Of a stretch of DNA of 64,000 nucleotides, positions 1 to 11,625 are shown piece after piece. Below the pieces are notes generated by a model. The model was not told the DNA's origin, ran no database searches, and was given only the letters and a program-made list of their open reading frames with translations. Source of the stretch: Pelomyxa schiedti (lineage: Eukaryota; Protista; Evosea); contig JAHLWZ010000626.1 of the NCBI GenBank assembly GCA_020536535.1, positions 62,312 through 126,311 on the forward strand, in the 5' to 3' direction. The translations under genes were made by a program, and so were the position numbers. Positions within the stretch are counted from its first letter, which is position 1. Each line of letters begins with the position of its first letter.

Positions 1-1
1 T

Positions 2-235
2 GGCTTCTTCTCGTCGCGCAAGCAGGCCAGCGTCGTGCAAATAGTGCAGAACCTAGTGGTGCCGTTCGACCAGGACCAGGAGCTGGCGCCGCACCTCCAG
101 CTGCACCTTCAGAGCATAAACGACGGCACGCCATCAACCCCCCCGCACACTCCGGGGCACTTGAATCGGAAGCGCCACTCCCACTCGCCCTCACCATCCC
201 CCGGCCCGCTGAGGAAGCCGAGGGATGATACATAA
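2..235 (+). CDS. 3' end of a gene entering from the left edge; Pro/Ser/His-rich C-terminal tail
   Basis: Frame open from position 2 (GFFSSRKQASVVQIVQNLVVPFDQDQELAPHL...RDDT*), GC-rich codon usage, stop at 233-235. Confidence 0.6.
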   Translation, partial: GFFSSRKQASVVQIVQNLVVPFDQDQELAPHLQLHLQSINDGTPSTPPHTPGHLNRKRHSHSPSPSPGPLRKPRDDT

Positions 236-385
236 ACCATGGAAGGAAGGGTGGAATGAGCGAGCGAGTGGGTGTGTGTGGTGAGTGTGTTGACTCGAGT
301 CCTGTGGCTGGAAGCTGAAATTATGCCGCTACTAACAGAGGGCAACAGCAAAAAAAAAAAAAACAAAAGAAATGTGTCGATAACA

Positions 386-1147
386 TTAAGTTGTCTTGTA
401 ATAATAGTTCAGAATACAACTATCACACATGTCCCACCTGTTTGCATCGAAAAAAAAAAAAGAAAGAGAGGTTGTGTTAGGTGAAGTGAAAGCCCAATGT
501 CAGCGAGGAACCTGCAAACGGAACAATGTGCAACTTTAGTTTCAGGTCTTTCCCTCTTTGATACATTGCAGACTAAACACCGGAAACTGCGCAAAACATG
601 GGTCAGGGTGTATGAAAAAAAAAGAAAACAAAAACGCACCCTTGTTGGTACTGTCCAGACTCCCTTGTCAGGGACTGAAGCGTCATGGCCTTTAGAGGGT
701 GACCTTGTGAGCAACTGGGAGGTACGGCGATTGTGAGGGGAACGTCCCGTATCTGTCTAATTACGCACAGCTCACACAAATCATAGCTTTTTTTTTTGAA
801 TCGAATGTTAGTACCACCCCCTCAGAAAAGTTTATGTAAAAGCTGAACGTATGGGAGTCAATATACCAGCAAAGAGGGCAATTGTGTGAAAACAGTGGTT
901 GTGCTCCAAAGTGATAGGTGCCCATACAAAGGTTGCACATAAACCTATTTCGAGGGGAAAAAAAAAATCAGTTCAAGCCGTCAATGGCACAAGTGTGAAA
1001 TGTTGCGGGTCCAAAGGAAATTAAAAAAAAAAAAGCAAATGCAAAAGCAAACCCTTTGTCGTAGTCTTTGTGGATTACTTCCAGTTCAGGCTTTCCCATC
1101 TTCAAAAGTTTATGGCCCTTGTCGCACAACAAACCAAACCGCGGCAT
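386..1147 (-). CDS. Small (148 aa) protein with two tandem Cys/His zinc-finger modules (C1-like/ZZ-like)
   Basis: Five exons (1147-1053, 944-867, 786-640, 586-512, 437-386) joined by GT-AG introns give an open frame: CDKGHKL...GFMCNLC...HNCPLCCYDLCELC and CSQGHPL...GFRCLVC...HCSVCRWDMCDSC. Confidence 0.85.
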
Positions 1148-1367
1148 CTTCCCACTGGCCCTTTTTTTCTTTTTTTCGCTGCGAGATCTCACGCTTCTTC
1201 GAAATGGCGAAAAAGCAAGAAGCATGGCGGTGCGATTTTAATTTGGAGAGACGAGGGCCAAAGGGCTATTTCCCCTGAGAGGCGGGGTGAATATTATATC
1301 CTTATGCTATTATGTGATCTGACAGATTCGCTTTGCAGAGGTGGGTGCGGTGATTTGACTCCCACAC

Positions 1368-4300
1368 TCACAGGGCAGTTACTTGAGACAAGGTGGATAT
1401 TGGGGTGGAGCACAAGGGGCACAGCCTCTGGCTCGCGGTGCTGTTGATGAGGCCCACGGCGCAGCGCTCGCAGGTGGCCTGGTGCCCGCACGGCAGCAGC
1501 ATAGCCGACACCAGCCGCTCCGAGCACACCACGCACGACCCGGGCAGCCTCAGCCCCGCCGCCATCTCCTTCTTCTGCTGCCGTTTCCTAAGCGGCCTCG
1601 GCTGCTGTTGCTGCTGCTGCTGCTGCCTCGACGCGGTTGATGAGGCCGAGGCCGATGCGGATGAGGATGAGGAGGTGATTGTTGATGCTGATGTTGGTGA
1701 TGGAGTTGGTGTTGATGTTGTTGGGGGTGCTGGGAATGATGAAAGGATTGATTGGGAGGGCTGGGGAGCTGGGCGCGGTTGCGGGATGAGGGCAGGTGAT
1801 GCGGACGCGATTGTGGTTATGGGTGTGGGTGTGGGTTGTTGTTGGACTGGAAACTTTGGCCAGTCTCCCTGGGTACTTTTGTTGTTGTGGTTAGTTTTTG
1901 GCTTGCTTTTGTGTGGCATACCCCATGGCCATAAGGTGGTCTTGGAATTTCCGTTGAGCTTCTTCTGGGGAAACACCCTCAAAAAGCTCACCTATCATGT
2001 GATGTAACAAAAATAAATAAAAACAGCATCAGGCGTACCACAGTTGCGGGCAGAGCATCTTATAACATTTCCATTGTGAGTGTGCTCCCCGAATGGAGAC
2101 TTAAGTATGTAATGCTCCGCATGAAGTCGTGGTACCATACTGGGATAGAATCGTCTCAAATGCACAAACAACTTGTTGCGCGATGTGAAACTTGCACCAC
2201 ACTCTAAAGTTTTGCATAAGTATGGACGAAGCAACGAGAGGGCCTCTACCTGAACAGGTTGTTTTGTGCAATTTGCCTACGGTTATATCAAGCTTGGGAT
2301 ATTTCGCGCCGTGCCTTGCTGCCTCTTCTCTGTGTCCTTTTTGCTTTGCTTCTTCAATTACTCGCACATATTCATACGTGCCAACTTCCTGGAGAACAAA
2401 GAATTGTTGCTCTTCCACTGTGGGAGCTGCAATCTAATTTGAGGTTTGCTTAGAAATTGCTCACAGTTTGTAAAGAACGTACTGGAAGTTCTTCAATTCC
2501 TTCTGGGATTTGATATGGGTTTTCGTAGTGCTGGAGGGCCCACGAAACCAGACCAAGAATATGCTTTGTTACCACTTGGGGTGGTGTTTTTACTGGGAGC
2601 ATCCCACTCATAGAACAAACCTAGGAAATATAAAACAGGGAACAATGGAGGGCATATGTAAACCTGTTCCAATCTTTTCACTTGTGAGACTCCCTTGAAG
2701 AAGTCAATGAGGTGCTGCTTATCAGTAGCTGGGAGAACTCCTAAAGTACGCATATATCTTGAATACTTCTCACGAGGTGTTTGATGTGCAGAATGCACAG
2801 CAAGGAGAATCAAAAAGCGGCGGAATATATTCATGCAACAACTCTCGAGATGGCTTTTAGCTTGTAACGCAGTAGATTTTTTCTTCAACGGGTATCTGCA
2901 CCCATTAAATGATACCACCATTTTCTTTAAATATTGACCTCTTCAAGCAACGCAAAAATAGCTCTCTGAATAAAGCATCTCGTACATGTGCCCAGGGAAC
3001 CACTAGCAGTAACATTAGAATCAGATACAACAAATATAAGTTATACCAGCCAGAGAGAGGGAGCAAATGGCCTCTTCCAGTGAAGGAAACGATCCAGAAT
3101 AGCGTGGCCTGAACAGTGAGAATTGCATCCACCTTGTGTAACCATCTGTAAACACTCCATCGCGGTTTTGAAAATTCAAGTGTGTTGCAATAAACATGGA
3201 TGTGAAATCTAACAAGATTAGCAAGGGCAGATATGAATGCTTTACCGAGCATGGTGTATGCATCAAGAGCTTCATAAAGTTGCTCAGGATCAACTCCGCC
3301 CTTCTTGAAGAAACTCTTGGAAATTGAAAACAAGAGATGTGGCACAACACGAGACAGAAGATTTAGAGAAAACCTTCCCAGAGTTAGGAAAGGAAACATA
3401 ACAACTTCGTACCTGTCTTCTGTAGCATAGGCTATGCGTGACATCGCTGCGCGAAACTGATTGAGGAAAGTAGTGGCCTGTGTTGCTTGCGGCTGAAAAG
3501 TCAACAGAGGTACCCAGTCACTTATATAAAATAGTTTCCCTTTGGAATTTCGGTACTTGAGTGTCCATAAGTTTTATAATTTGCTTCCTTCTGTCAAACC
3601 TGCATAATTCTAAAGTTGTCAATGTAGTCTCGGTTGATAAGAGAACCAAATCCACGACCAGCCAGAGGGCGTACTTGAAACTGGTACAACGTGTTAGAAA
3701 GAAAATATTGATAGACTTGAATACCTCTGGGTCACCCTGCATTCCCATAGCATAGGCTTCAGCAGAGACATACACGCCAATAACAGGACGCATTTTTGGC
3801 AACTTCTGCAATGCTTCACTTTGTTTTTGAGGTTCTAGAATTGTGACTTGATCTGTACCAGATGGCCTTAGTGGAAATCTGGCCAAAAATAAGGAAAAGA
3901 TAGTACTGTTATATTGCATGATTATTACTTGTGCATACACGGGAAAAAGGAATCCCTCAGTGGAATTCTCCAGTTGCTCAACCCAGGTCTGTAGCCATTG
4001 TGCCAACTGTTGTATAATGGCAAATGGTTCAGCAATAGTGTCATCAGCAAAGTGGCAGGCAGACGAACTAAAGGTCATTGTCTTCCAGTTCCAAAATTCC
4101 AATTCCTGTAACTAGTGAGCTGAAACACCAATTAATGTCGAAGGAAATACGTGAGAAATAGTTTCTTCCACAAGTTTGAGTAAGCTTGGACTTGATTCCA
4201 CACACTCACGTATCTCAAACATAACTCTGAAGGAAAAAGTTTTAGGGCACTGGTAGCTCAATACTACTTTCGTACTGGAAAACAATGGGTGGTACTTCTT

Positions 4301-5690
4301 CGGCAGTCACTGGTTTGGCAAGTACATCATGAATCAAAAGTCGGATACACTTGCACAGCTTCACCAATCCAACTTGGTCCGCTTCACTGCTTAGTAGTCA
4401 ACAAACACAAAGAAAGAACTCGTAACAAAGGTTTTTAAATAGGGAAACAACCTCACTTTTTGCGTTGACCTCAGGGAACTGGCAGACATGTCATTCCTCA
4501 CAGACAAACAACGTGGAGAACAGTGTATGGCAAGGCCAAAAAAGGTATTGTGTCTACCAGGGTGTTGACCGGTAAGATAGCACTGTTTGTTCATGCAAGC
4601 ATTTAGGGCATCCAGTTCCTCTAAGAAAATTGTATTCACTACAGTCATTTGAACTCAAAACAAGGTACCTTTAGAGTGTGCTATGGGCACAGCATTTGGC
4701 ACCACGGAGGCAACCAGTAAGGACTTTAAGAGGGCACGAGGTGCGGCAATAGGTTTTTCCGCCCATGGGATGCCACCATAAGGGAGCATAAGCTGCAATT
4801 CGCGAACCGGTGGAGCTTGTGAGGCAAGAGGGGCAAGGGTCGAAGCCGTGGTGGTCGAAGTTGTAGATATTGTGGGAGCAGGATCAATCACTGAAGAAGA
4901 AGAAGATGACGATGATGAAGAGGCAGTGCTGCTCACACGAGAAGACTGCATGGTCGAAACATTGACAGTTGTGGAAGGTGTGGAGGAGTTTGGTGACAAA
5001 AATGTGACTTCGTCCATTGTTGGGTCATCGTCGAGGACAATGACGCCAGAGGACAAGGAACTGGCGCTCATGCTGGGCCGCGACCCCATCATTGGGGTGC
5101 CGGTGCCCCCTGTGTGCGCGGGTTGCACCGCCGCGGGAGAATTATGGGAGGCGGGTTGGCGCTGCGACGAAGAGGCCGAAAGGTCCGGCGCGACCTGGGG
5201 GGAGGACTGAGGGACGCGGGAAGGCTGAGAATACGTGAAGGGGGCCAGAGGAGGCGGGGAAGAAGAAGACGAGTCCAGGTTGGGCCTCGCGTCCACCGCC
5301 CCTCCTCCCATAATCCCAGGCTGTGCCGGCGGCGGCACCCTGGACGCCGTCGGCTGCGGCAACGTCGACCTCCCATCAGACACCAGCGTCATAGTCCCAC
5401 TGGGCGACGCCGACGCCTTTGACTTCACGGCAACTTGCTGAGGTTGTTGCTTTTGCTGCTGCTGCTTCTGAGGCCTTGGGTGGTAGACCGGGTAGGCGAC
5501 CGAGTTCCTCTTGAGGACCTCGCGCCAGTTGTTGGACGCGGACGTGCCCTGGGCGGCGGTCGCGGCCGCCGACGCGGCGTTGCTGGCCACGGTGGTCGCG
5601 GCGCTGGCCGCCGCCGTCGCCACGGTCGAGAGCAGCCCCGACGCCGACCCCGCCACGCGCGACGCAAACTGGCGGAACGTTTTCTTGGCT
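1368..5690 (-). CDS. Large multi-exon putative E3 ubiquitin ligase: Ala/Ser/Gln-rich N-terminus, helical core, C2H2-like finger, C-terminal C3HC4 RING
   Basis: Exon chain can be spliced in frame through ORFs 4655-5656, 4391-4648, 3518-4102, 2905-3504, 2493-2921, 2101-2418, 1995-2234, 1368-1991. RING CVVC...LPCGHQATCERC...CPLC at the C-terminus; CKTLECGASFTSRNKLFVH finger. Start codon unresolved. Confidence 0.75.
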
Positions 5691-5898
5691 GTTGGGGCCT
5701 GGTGTGTTGTGGGTGGTGTTGATTTTGTTGTTCGATGGTTTTTTTTCTTTTTCCGTTCGTTGGGGTTTTTTTTTTCCTCTCATGTGGGTAATCACACCCC
5801 AAATGTAATCACAAAGGGTAGAGTCCTACGTTGTGATGAGCATTGAGCTGCTATCACACCAGCAGCGTTGCGCGGTTAGGCACGAGTAGCTTTGCATT

Positions 5899-6658
5899 TC
5901 ATATTAGGGGTGTGTAATAGTGTTTGAAGTGGAGGACTTGGTCACGAATTAGCTCAAGTGGAATGGGCAGTTCTTGGGAACATGATCGAAGCAGGAAGAA
6001 AACAAAGTATTCAAGAAATACACTGGTTTTTTTTATTTATCAATACAATCATACAAAGGAGGCAACTTGGATGAACCCCAAGTAAGAGGGTTGAAAGGAC
6101 TGAGCCTTTTCCAGGGAGTCACTCTGACTACGAATGTGTTCAAGAGCAGCCAGAGCGGAAATAGGTTGATGAGCTAGTAGAATGTGTATTCCGGCTTCAT
6201 GACCTGCCAGAAAGAATTCCGACCTCAGATGGATTCGGATTTGTGATAGTACAGCTCTGAGAATCCCAAAGATTGTGGCACTTGGAGCAGACCCAGCCAT
6301 GGCGCTGGTAGAAGACTCGCTTGCCGCAGTGAGAAAGATTATGGGAATCCGAGGCCTCCTTCTTGTCGCTGGCTTCTTCAACTTCAGGAAGTGCGGGAGA
6401 AGGAGCAGAAATTGAAGCGGCTTGTGGGACCGGCTCGGTTTTTCTCGGCTCCCAAGGGGCATAACACTTGGAACAAACCCATCCATGGCGATTGTAGAAA
6501 ACCTGTGAAAGCAAAGGTTAGAAATGCTACGAATATATGTTTCAAAAACAAAAAAAACAAAAAAACAGGACGGGATGTGATACCTTCTTGCCAATATGGG
6601 TGGTTCCGCAACATCCAATTTTCTTGGCCTTCGAGGGAGACTTGGACTTTACAGCCAT
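5899..6658 (-). CDS. 198 aa protein with a duplicated zinc-ribbon-like motif and a C-terminal F-box/SOCS-box-like tail
   Basis: Exons 6658-6584, 6502-6224, 6173-6055, 6022-5899 splice in frame. HIGKKVFYNRHGWVCSKCYAPW and HCGKRVFYQRHGWVCSKCHNLW; tail ...FFLLRSCSQELPIPLELIRDQVLHF. The last two exons are less certain (unspliced stop at 6197). Confidence 0.7.
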
Positions 6659-6844
6659 GTAGGCGTTGGTGTTGTTTCCCTCAATGATGTTGACAAGTCG
6701 TTGAATCATTTCCATTTGTTTTTGTTTGAGTTTGCTTTTGTTTGTTGTCGCTCGAGTTGTTGCTTGCTGTTGTTTGTTTCTTGGGTTTTTATTTATTTGT
6801 GTTTTGTTACAGAAGATCGGCTTTGCTTAAAAAGCCCCTAACGC

Positions 6845-6894
6845 CATCTTCTATCTTCGATGGAAGCTTCTACTCTGGATGGAAGCTTCCATCG
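6845..6894. promoter_or_regulatory. Duplicated GATGGAAGCTTC with a perfect 16-bp palindrome in a divergent promoter; nGAAnnTTCn (HSE-like)
   Basis: Copies at 6859-6870 and 6878-6889; GATGGAAGCTTCCATC (6878-6893) is self-complementary; lies between starts at 6658 (-) and 6942 (+). Confidence 0.4.
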
Positions 6895-6941
6895 GTCGCT
6901 CGGGTTAGCCGAAGTCTATCTGAACAAGGAAATAAACACCT

Positions 6942-9900
6942 ATGCAGATGTTTCGTCACTTCCGCATGTTCCAAGACTCGAGTACAGCTGTACCGACACC
7001 TAGATCCCAGAATCCGATTCCAAGCCTTCTCTCTTCTACCCCCACGCTATCTTCTTTTCCTTCTCTCTCGGGACTAGTCAGACCCAGCCTTCTTCGTTCC
7101 TCTATCAGATCTCTTCAGGAAATTGTGATTGGTTGTGCAATTTCACAATACTGCGAAGTAAGGGAGTGATGCGGCGTATACCACACAAGACTGTGCCGGT
7201 GCCAACCAGGCGTGACATCGATGCAGAATGTCAAGCAATGTTGAACGTGGTTAATCAGAACACTGCCGATCGGGCGGCCGTGCACCAAGTTTGCCTTTTC
7301 TACTGCCCTCCCCCCCTTTTTTTTTTTTTGTTGTTTTTTTTTCCCCCCTCTCAGTTGTGCACAACGTGATTTCTTCTTCGTGGTGCCGTTGTTTGGAACA
7401 AAACAAATGCATCCGTGTAAATAATAGCGTGATAGGACGCTTTGACCAAAAAAGGACCACCAACAATCATCACCAAAAGGTCTGCAAATGACAAGAAGGT
7501 AAGGTTTTTTTCTTCCCCTCTGCCCTTTGCCAAACAAATTAGGTATACTTCGATAAGTGGTACAATGCCGTGAAAGTGGAACAAGATGCTGAAAACAAGG
7601 AAGCCTTAGCAAGGACCACAACTTGGTCGGAGGCAAAACTGAGGCAGTAAGTGACGCAAGATGGAATGGCAGTGACCAATTCTTTTTTTCTCAAAGTGAA
7701 GGATTTACTTTATTTGATATGATTGCTGAGCGAGGTGGCACACTGTATTCATCTGACTTGATCAAATTTCGGCATACCCAGTTCCCTCGGCTCCCGTTTC
7801 ACCGATTCCACCATGTATTCATCCTTTGTTTGTGCAAATAGCCATACCAGAGCCCAACCTAAATTTCCATTAAAAGGGTGACTCTATTGTAGTCAGTCGG
7901 ACTGCCCCCCATAAAGATTGCTTCTTTGAACTCAGTGTCCTTGACAGACACCCTGACTGCCTTATGTGCATGTGCATACATCCACCCCCAACTTTGTTTG
8001 AAGGGCTCCTGGTATCTAGATATCTCCAATATGACTTGCTTATCGTTGAAGAGATTGGACATTGGAAGTGATAATGTGACGGTGGGAAGAACATTGAGTG
8101 CCTTGTCGAAGTTCACTTCCCAGCCCATTCCAAATTCTTTGCAGGATAGAGTTCTGCAAACAAGTGGTGTTGGTTTGCCTTCAGCCACAATTCAATCCCC
8201 AATAGCACCTTTCTTCCTGGGGTCACAAGTTCCCTTGTCTCAGCTTGCCTCAAGACCCCCTGTGCGTAACCTCCTTTTCTTCTATTTCTAAAATCCATGA
8301 AGCCCGAAAAGCTGATGTGTCACTATTCAAAACCTCTACCTGCAGATTTTGATACATGGAAGATGAACCCCAGTCAAAGGAGTGCTTTACTTAAAGTGAT
8401 AAACAGGTTACTACTTTTAGGAGGCCAATGTCCTTAGAATCCTTCAGATCTTTGAGTCTTATCAAAGGACCTCCTGGCACAGGAAAAACCCAGACCGCCA
8501 TTCATCTTTTGAGGCTCTTGGTTCATTATTTCAAGAATGTGGGAATAACATTACTAGCAACAGCCTATACGAATGTATGCCCTATGTTTTTTTTTTTTTC
8601 CTTGAGTGAATGTTTCCATAAGGTGGGTACAGATAACCTTCTTGAAGGACTGATCAATGCTCACAGTGTGTCAATAATGCAAATGATACATTTCCCCTCA
8701 CCTTTAAAAGTAAAAGCCTTGAGAATTGGCTCTCCATGTAAGGTCAGGGACCACCTGCGCTCAGCAACAGTTGAAGCTCAGCTTGAGCAGCACCCTATTA
8801 TTCAAGTACTATTCTCCATTCCTATTGGTTTTCACAGTTGAAAAGAAATTAAGAAGTCAAGGGAAGCCGATCCCCAAAGATGTCGAACGCAATATCAATA
8901 AATCTGTTATATATGTGAGTCTCTTCCATTTTTTTATATTCTAAATCTAGTGTGTTAGAATGCCGAAGTGATTTGTGCTACTTGCATTGGAGCTGGTTCC
9001 CAATTTTTGGATGATCTTTACTTTCCAGTTGTGGTTTTAGATGGTTTGTATCGGGGCATTTCTTCTTCACTTATACTAGGCAGAAAGCACACAGTCCACT
9101 GAAGTATCAGCACTATGCGCTCTATCAAAGGGATGCTCTCAATTAGTTTTACTGGGTGATGACAATCAACTGGGCCCTACAGTATTAACTTCGAACCCTG
9201 AAGCAAGTTAGTCCTTCTTCCCCTAATATATATGACTTTAAATCAGATGCCCTTCTTAGTCGAAGTGCTTTCCAACGCTTTGTGGAAAGTGGCATAGAAC
9301 CTTATCTGTTAAATACCCAGTATCGAATGCATCCTGGCATATCAGAGTGGCCATCCATTCATTTCTATGAAGGAAAGATGATAAACGGAGTCTCTGAAGC
9401 AGACAGGCCACCAGCACGAGGTTGTCCCACTCTGTAACATTGCTTTTATTTAACTCAAGTTAAAGGTTTCCCTTGGCCAAATGCAGGAATACCTGTTGCA
9501 TTTATACCCATGTTCACACCTGAGACTGACACTGGTGAGGGTAGCAAGTCAAACGCTGATGAAGCCATTTGTGTCTCTACCGTATTTATCCACAGAAATT
9601 TTCTTCGTAGAATTTATTGTGCTTGAGATTGTGGCCAAGTTTGCAGATGCCCGTGTACCCTTACATGATATTGGATTAGTCACACCATATTTGGGTCAAG
9701 TCCGTCTTATAGGCGATAGACTGAGTAAACTTGGTTTTGAGCACACCTCCATTACTGAGACTGACGAATACCTGGAACTTAATAACACCATTACTGTTCA
9801 CACAGTAGATGCGTTCCAAGGGAGAGAAAAGGTTTGGTGCAAATAAATGACCCTCTGTAACCTCGCTTTAGGAAATAATCATTTTCTCGGCTGTACGATC

Positions 9901-10947
9901 CAATCCAGAGAAGAACGTTGGATTTCTTCGTGATTGGAGAAGGATGAATGTGGCCCTGGTAATATCATACATTTAGTGGTGTACTTATTTGTACAAAGAC
10001 CAGACCAAGATGTGGCCTTATTGTTGTTGGCAATCCCTTAACTTTAGACCAAGACCCAGTTATATTTCGCATTTCCTTTAAAATTTAACATGCATGTAGC
10101 ATTGGCACAGTTGGCTTGAGTGGATACATGCAAAAAACCTTGTTTTTAATAATTGGGACTTCTTGCAGAAGACTTTAAGAATGCCACCTCCATGTTCAAC
10201 CTCAACCTCAACCTCCCACAGTAACACTCAACCAATTCAGTCTACACATTCTGTAAGACATAAAACGACCAAGCCACCATTTTCTCCACATAGTCCCGAG
10301 GATTTACATCCTCCCTTGATTAACTTGGACGTTTCTCCAACCCCGTCCACTGAACTCAGACCCATTGTGTGTGGTCCACGATCTCCCTCTCCAGTGCATA
10401 CAAACGAAAACACTCCTCCGCCTCCCACTGACCAATATCCACTTTCATCTCTTCCAAGTGCGCTCCCAGAAGCAGTCAATTCAGATGAACCCTGTTCCTT
10501 GTCATCTCTATCAAATGGATGCCCTCCCCCTTCAAAGGAACGCACCTCGCCTCCTTATGTTCCTGATTCTCCCTCCCCTCCAACTGACCTTACACCAATT
10601 ACACTGACTCCGCCTTCTTCAAACACCTGCAGTGCGCCTATGCCTACCACCCACACCAGCTCAGCTAACATGCCGCCACCACACCTGCCCTTAGCATCAC
10701 CATACCGGTACATATCCCACACACCACTACAGCAGCACTCGCTGCCCTCCTACCAACAGCTCCCATCACCCAACATCGAGCCTCATCCATTCCGTTCCTT
10801 CATACCTTATGACACCCTCCGGCCTCCTGGAATTCCATCAGCACAGCCACCACTGCCAGTACCACTGCCACTGCCACTGCCACTCCCAGTGCCACTCCCA
10901 GTGCCACGACCACCGCCACTACTACCACTGCCACTGCCACTGCCACT

Positions 10948-11003
<56 letters not shown>

Positions 11004-11125
11004 CACCAAACCATCAACAACGGACCAGCCTTCCCATCAAGAGGTCAACACCTCCATCCAGCGCCATGCAACAGCAGACATCAACCAAGAAGCACCGGAA
11101 CCATCACCACCACCATCACTCCTGA
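6942..11125 (+). CDS. SF1B helicase of the UPF1/IGHMBP2 (DNA2/NAM7) family with a Pro/Gln/His-rich C-terminal tail
   Basis: Spliced motifs: MNPSQRSAL (Q motif), [75 protein letters not shown]-terminal [16 protein letters not shown]...GDSIVVSR...[10 protein letters not shown] resembles IGHMBP2-like proteins. No UPF1 CH domain seen. Confidence 0.9.
10845..11001 (+). repeat. Coding hexamer microsatellites (CCACTG)n then (CAACAG)n, encoding Pro-Leu repeats and a 17-Gln tract
   Basis: Directly visible tandem hexamers inside the last helicase exon. Confidence 0.95.
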
Positions 11126-11625
11126 CCTGGGGCAAATTATTGATTTCACTGAGCTCAAGCAGCTTCCATAGTGTCTCTCCCCATGAAAAATGGATGGGAA
11201 CCCCAACAAACGAGTGCCTTGAAGAAAAGCCTCGTGGATGAAGACACTTGGTGAAATTGTGCAAAATTGAATATAGTGGAACTTGCTTCCTTGTCCACCT
11301 GTGCCAATTTATTTTTTGTATTTTCTGTTTCTGATCTCCAGCAGAGAAAAAACAATTAAAAAGAGCTGATACTGGTGGGCCCCTCTGAGCTCCCCCCCCC
11401 CAGAGTCTCTGAGGCGATTATGAAAGAGAGTACAACCCAGTTTTTGTTGAAGCACCGTTTGCAAAGCGCCTCAGAATTAGTCTCTCCCCTGATCCTCAAG
11501 TTAATGAGGACGCAAGGAAAAGCGGCTCAGAAGATAAACTCCTAAACCCAACGATCAACCACAGTTTCGCCCGCATTGACAAGAATGGGCGTTGCAAAAC
11601 AACAAGGGAACAAAAAAAACAAACG

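Noticed and set aside
1204-1214. ATGGCGAAAAA shared with 30609-30619 as a promoter motif
   Set aside because: Only two copies of an 11-mer; expected by chance in 64 kb.
7859-8188. Protein-like minus-strand ORF ([10 protein letters not shown]...)
   Set aside because: The plus strand here encodes conserved helicase segments ([18 protein letters not shown]); this is an antisense shadow.
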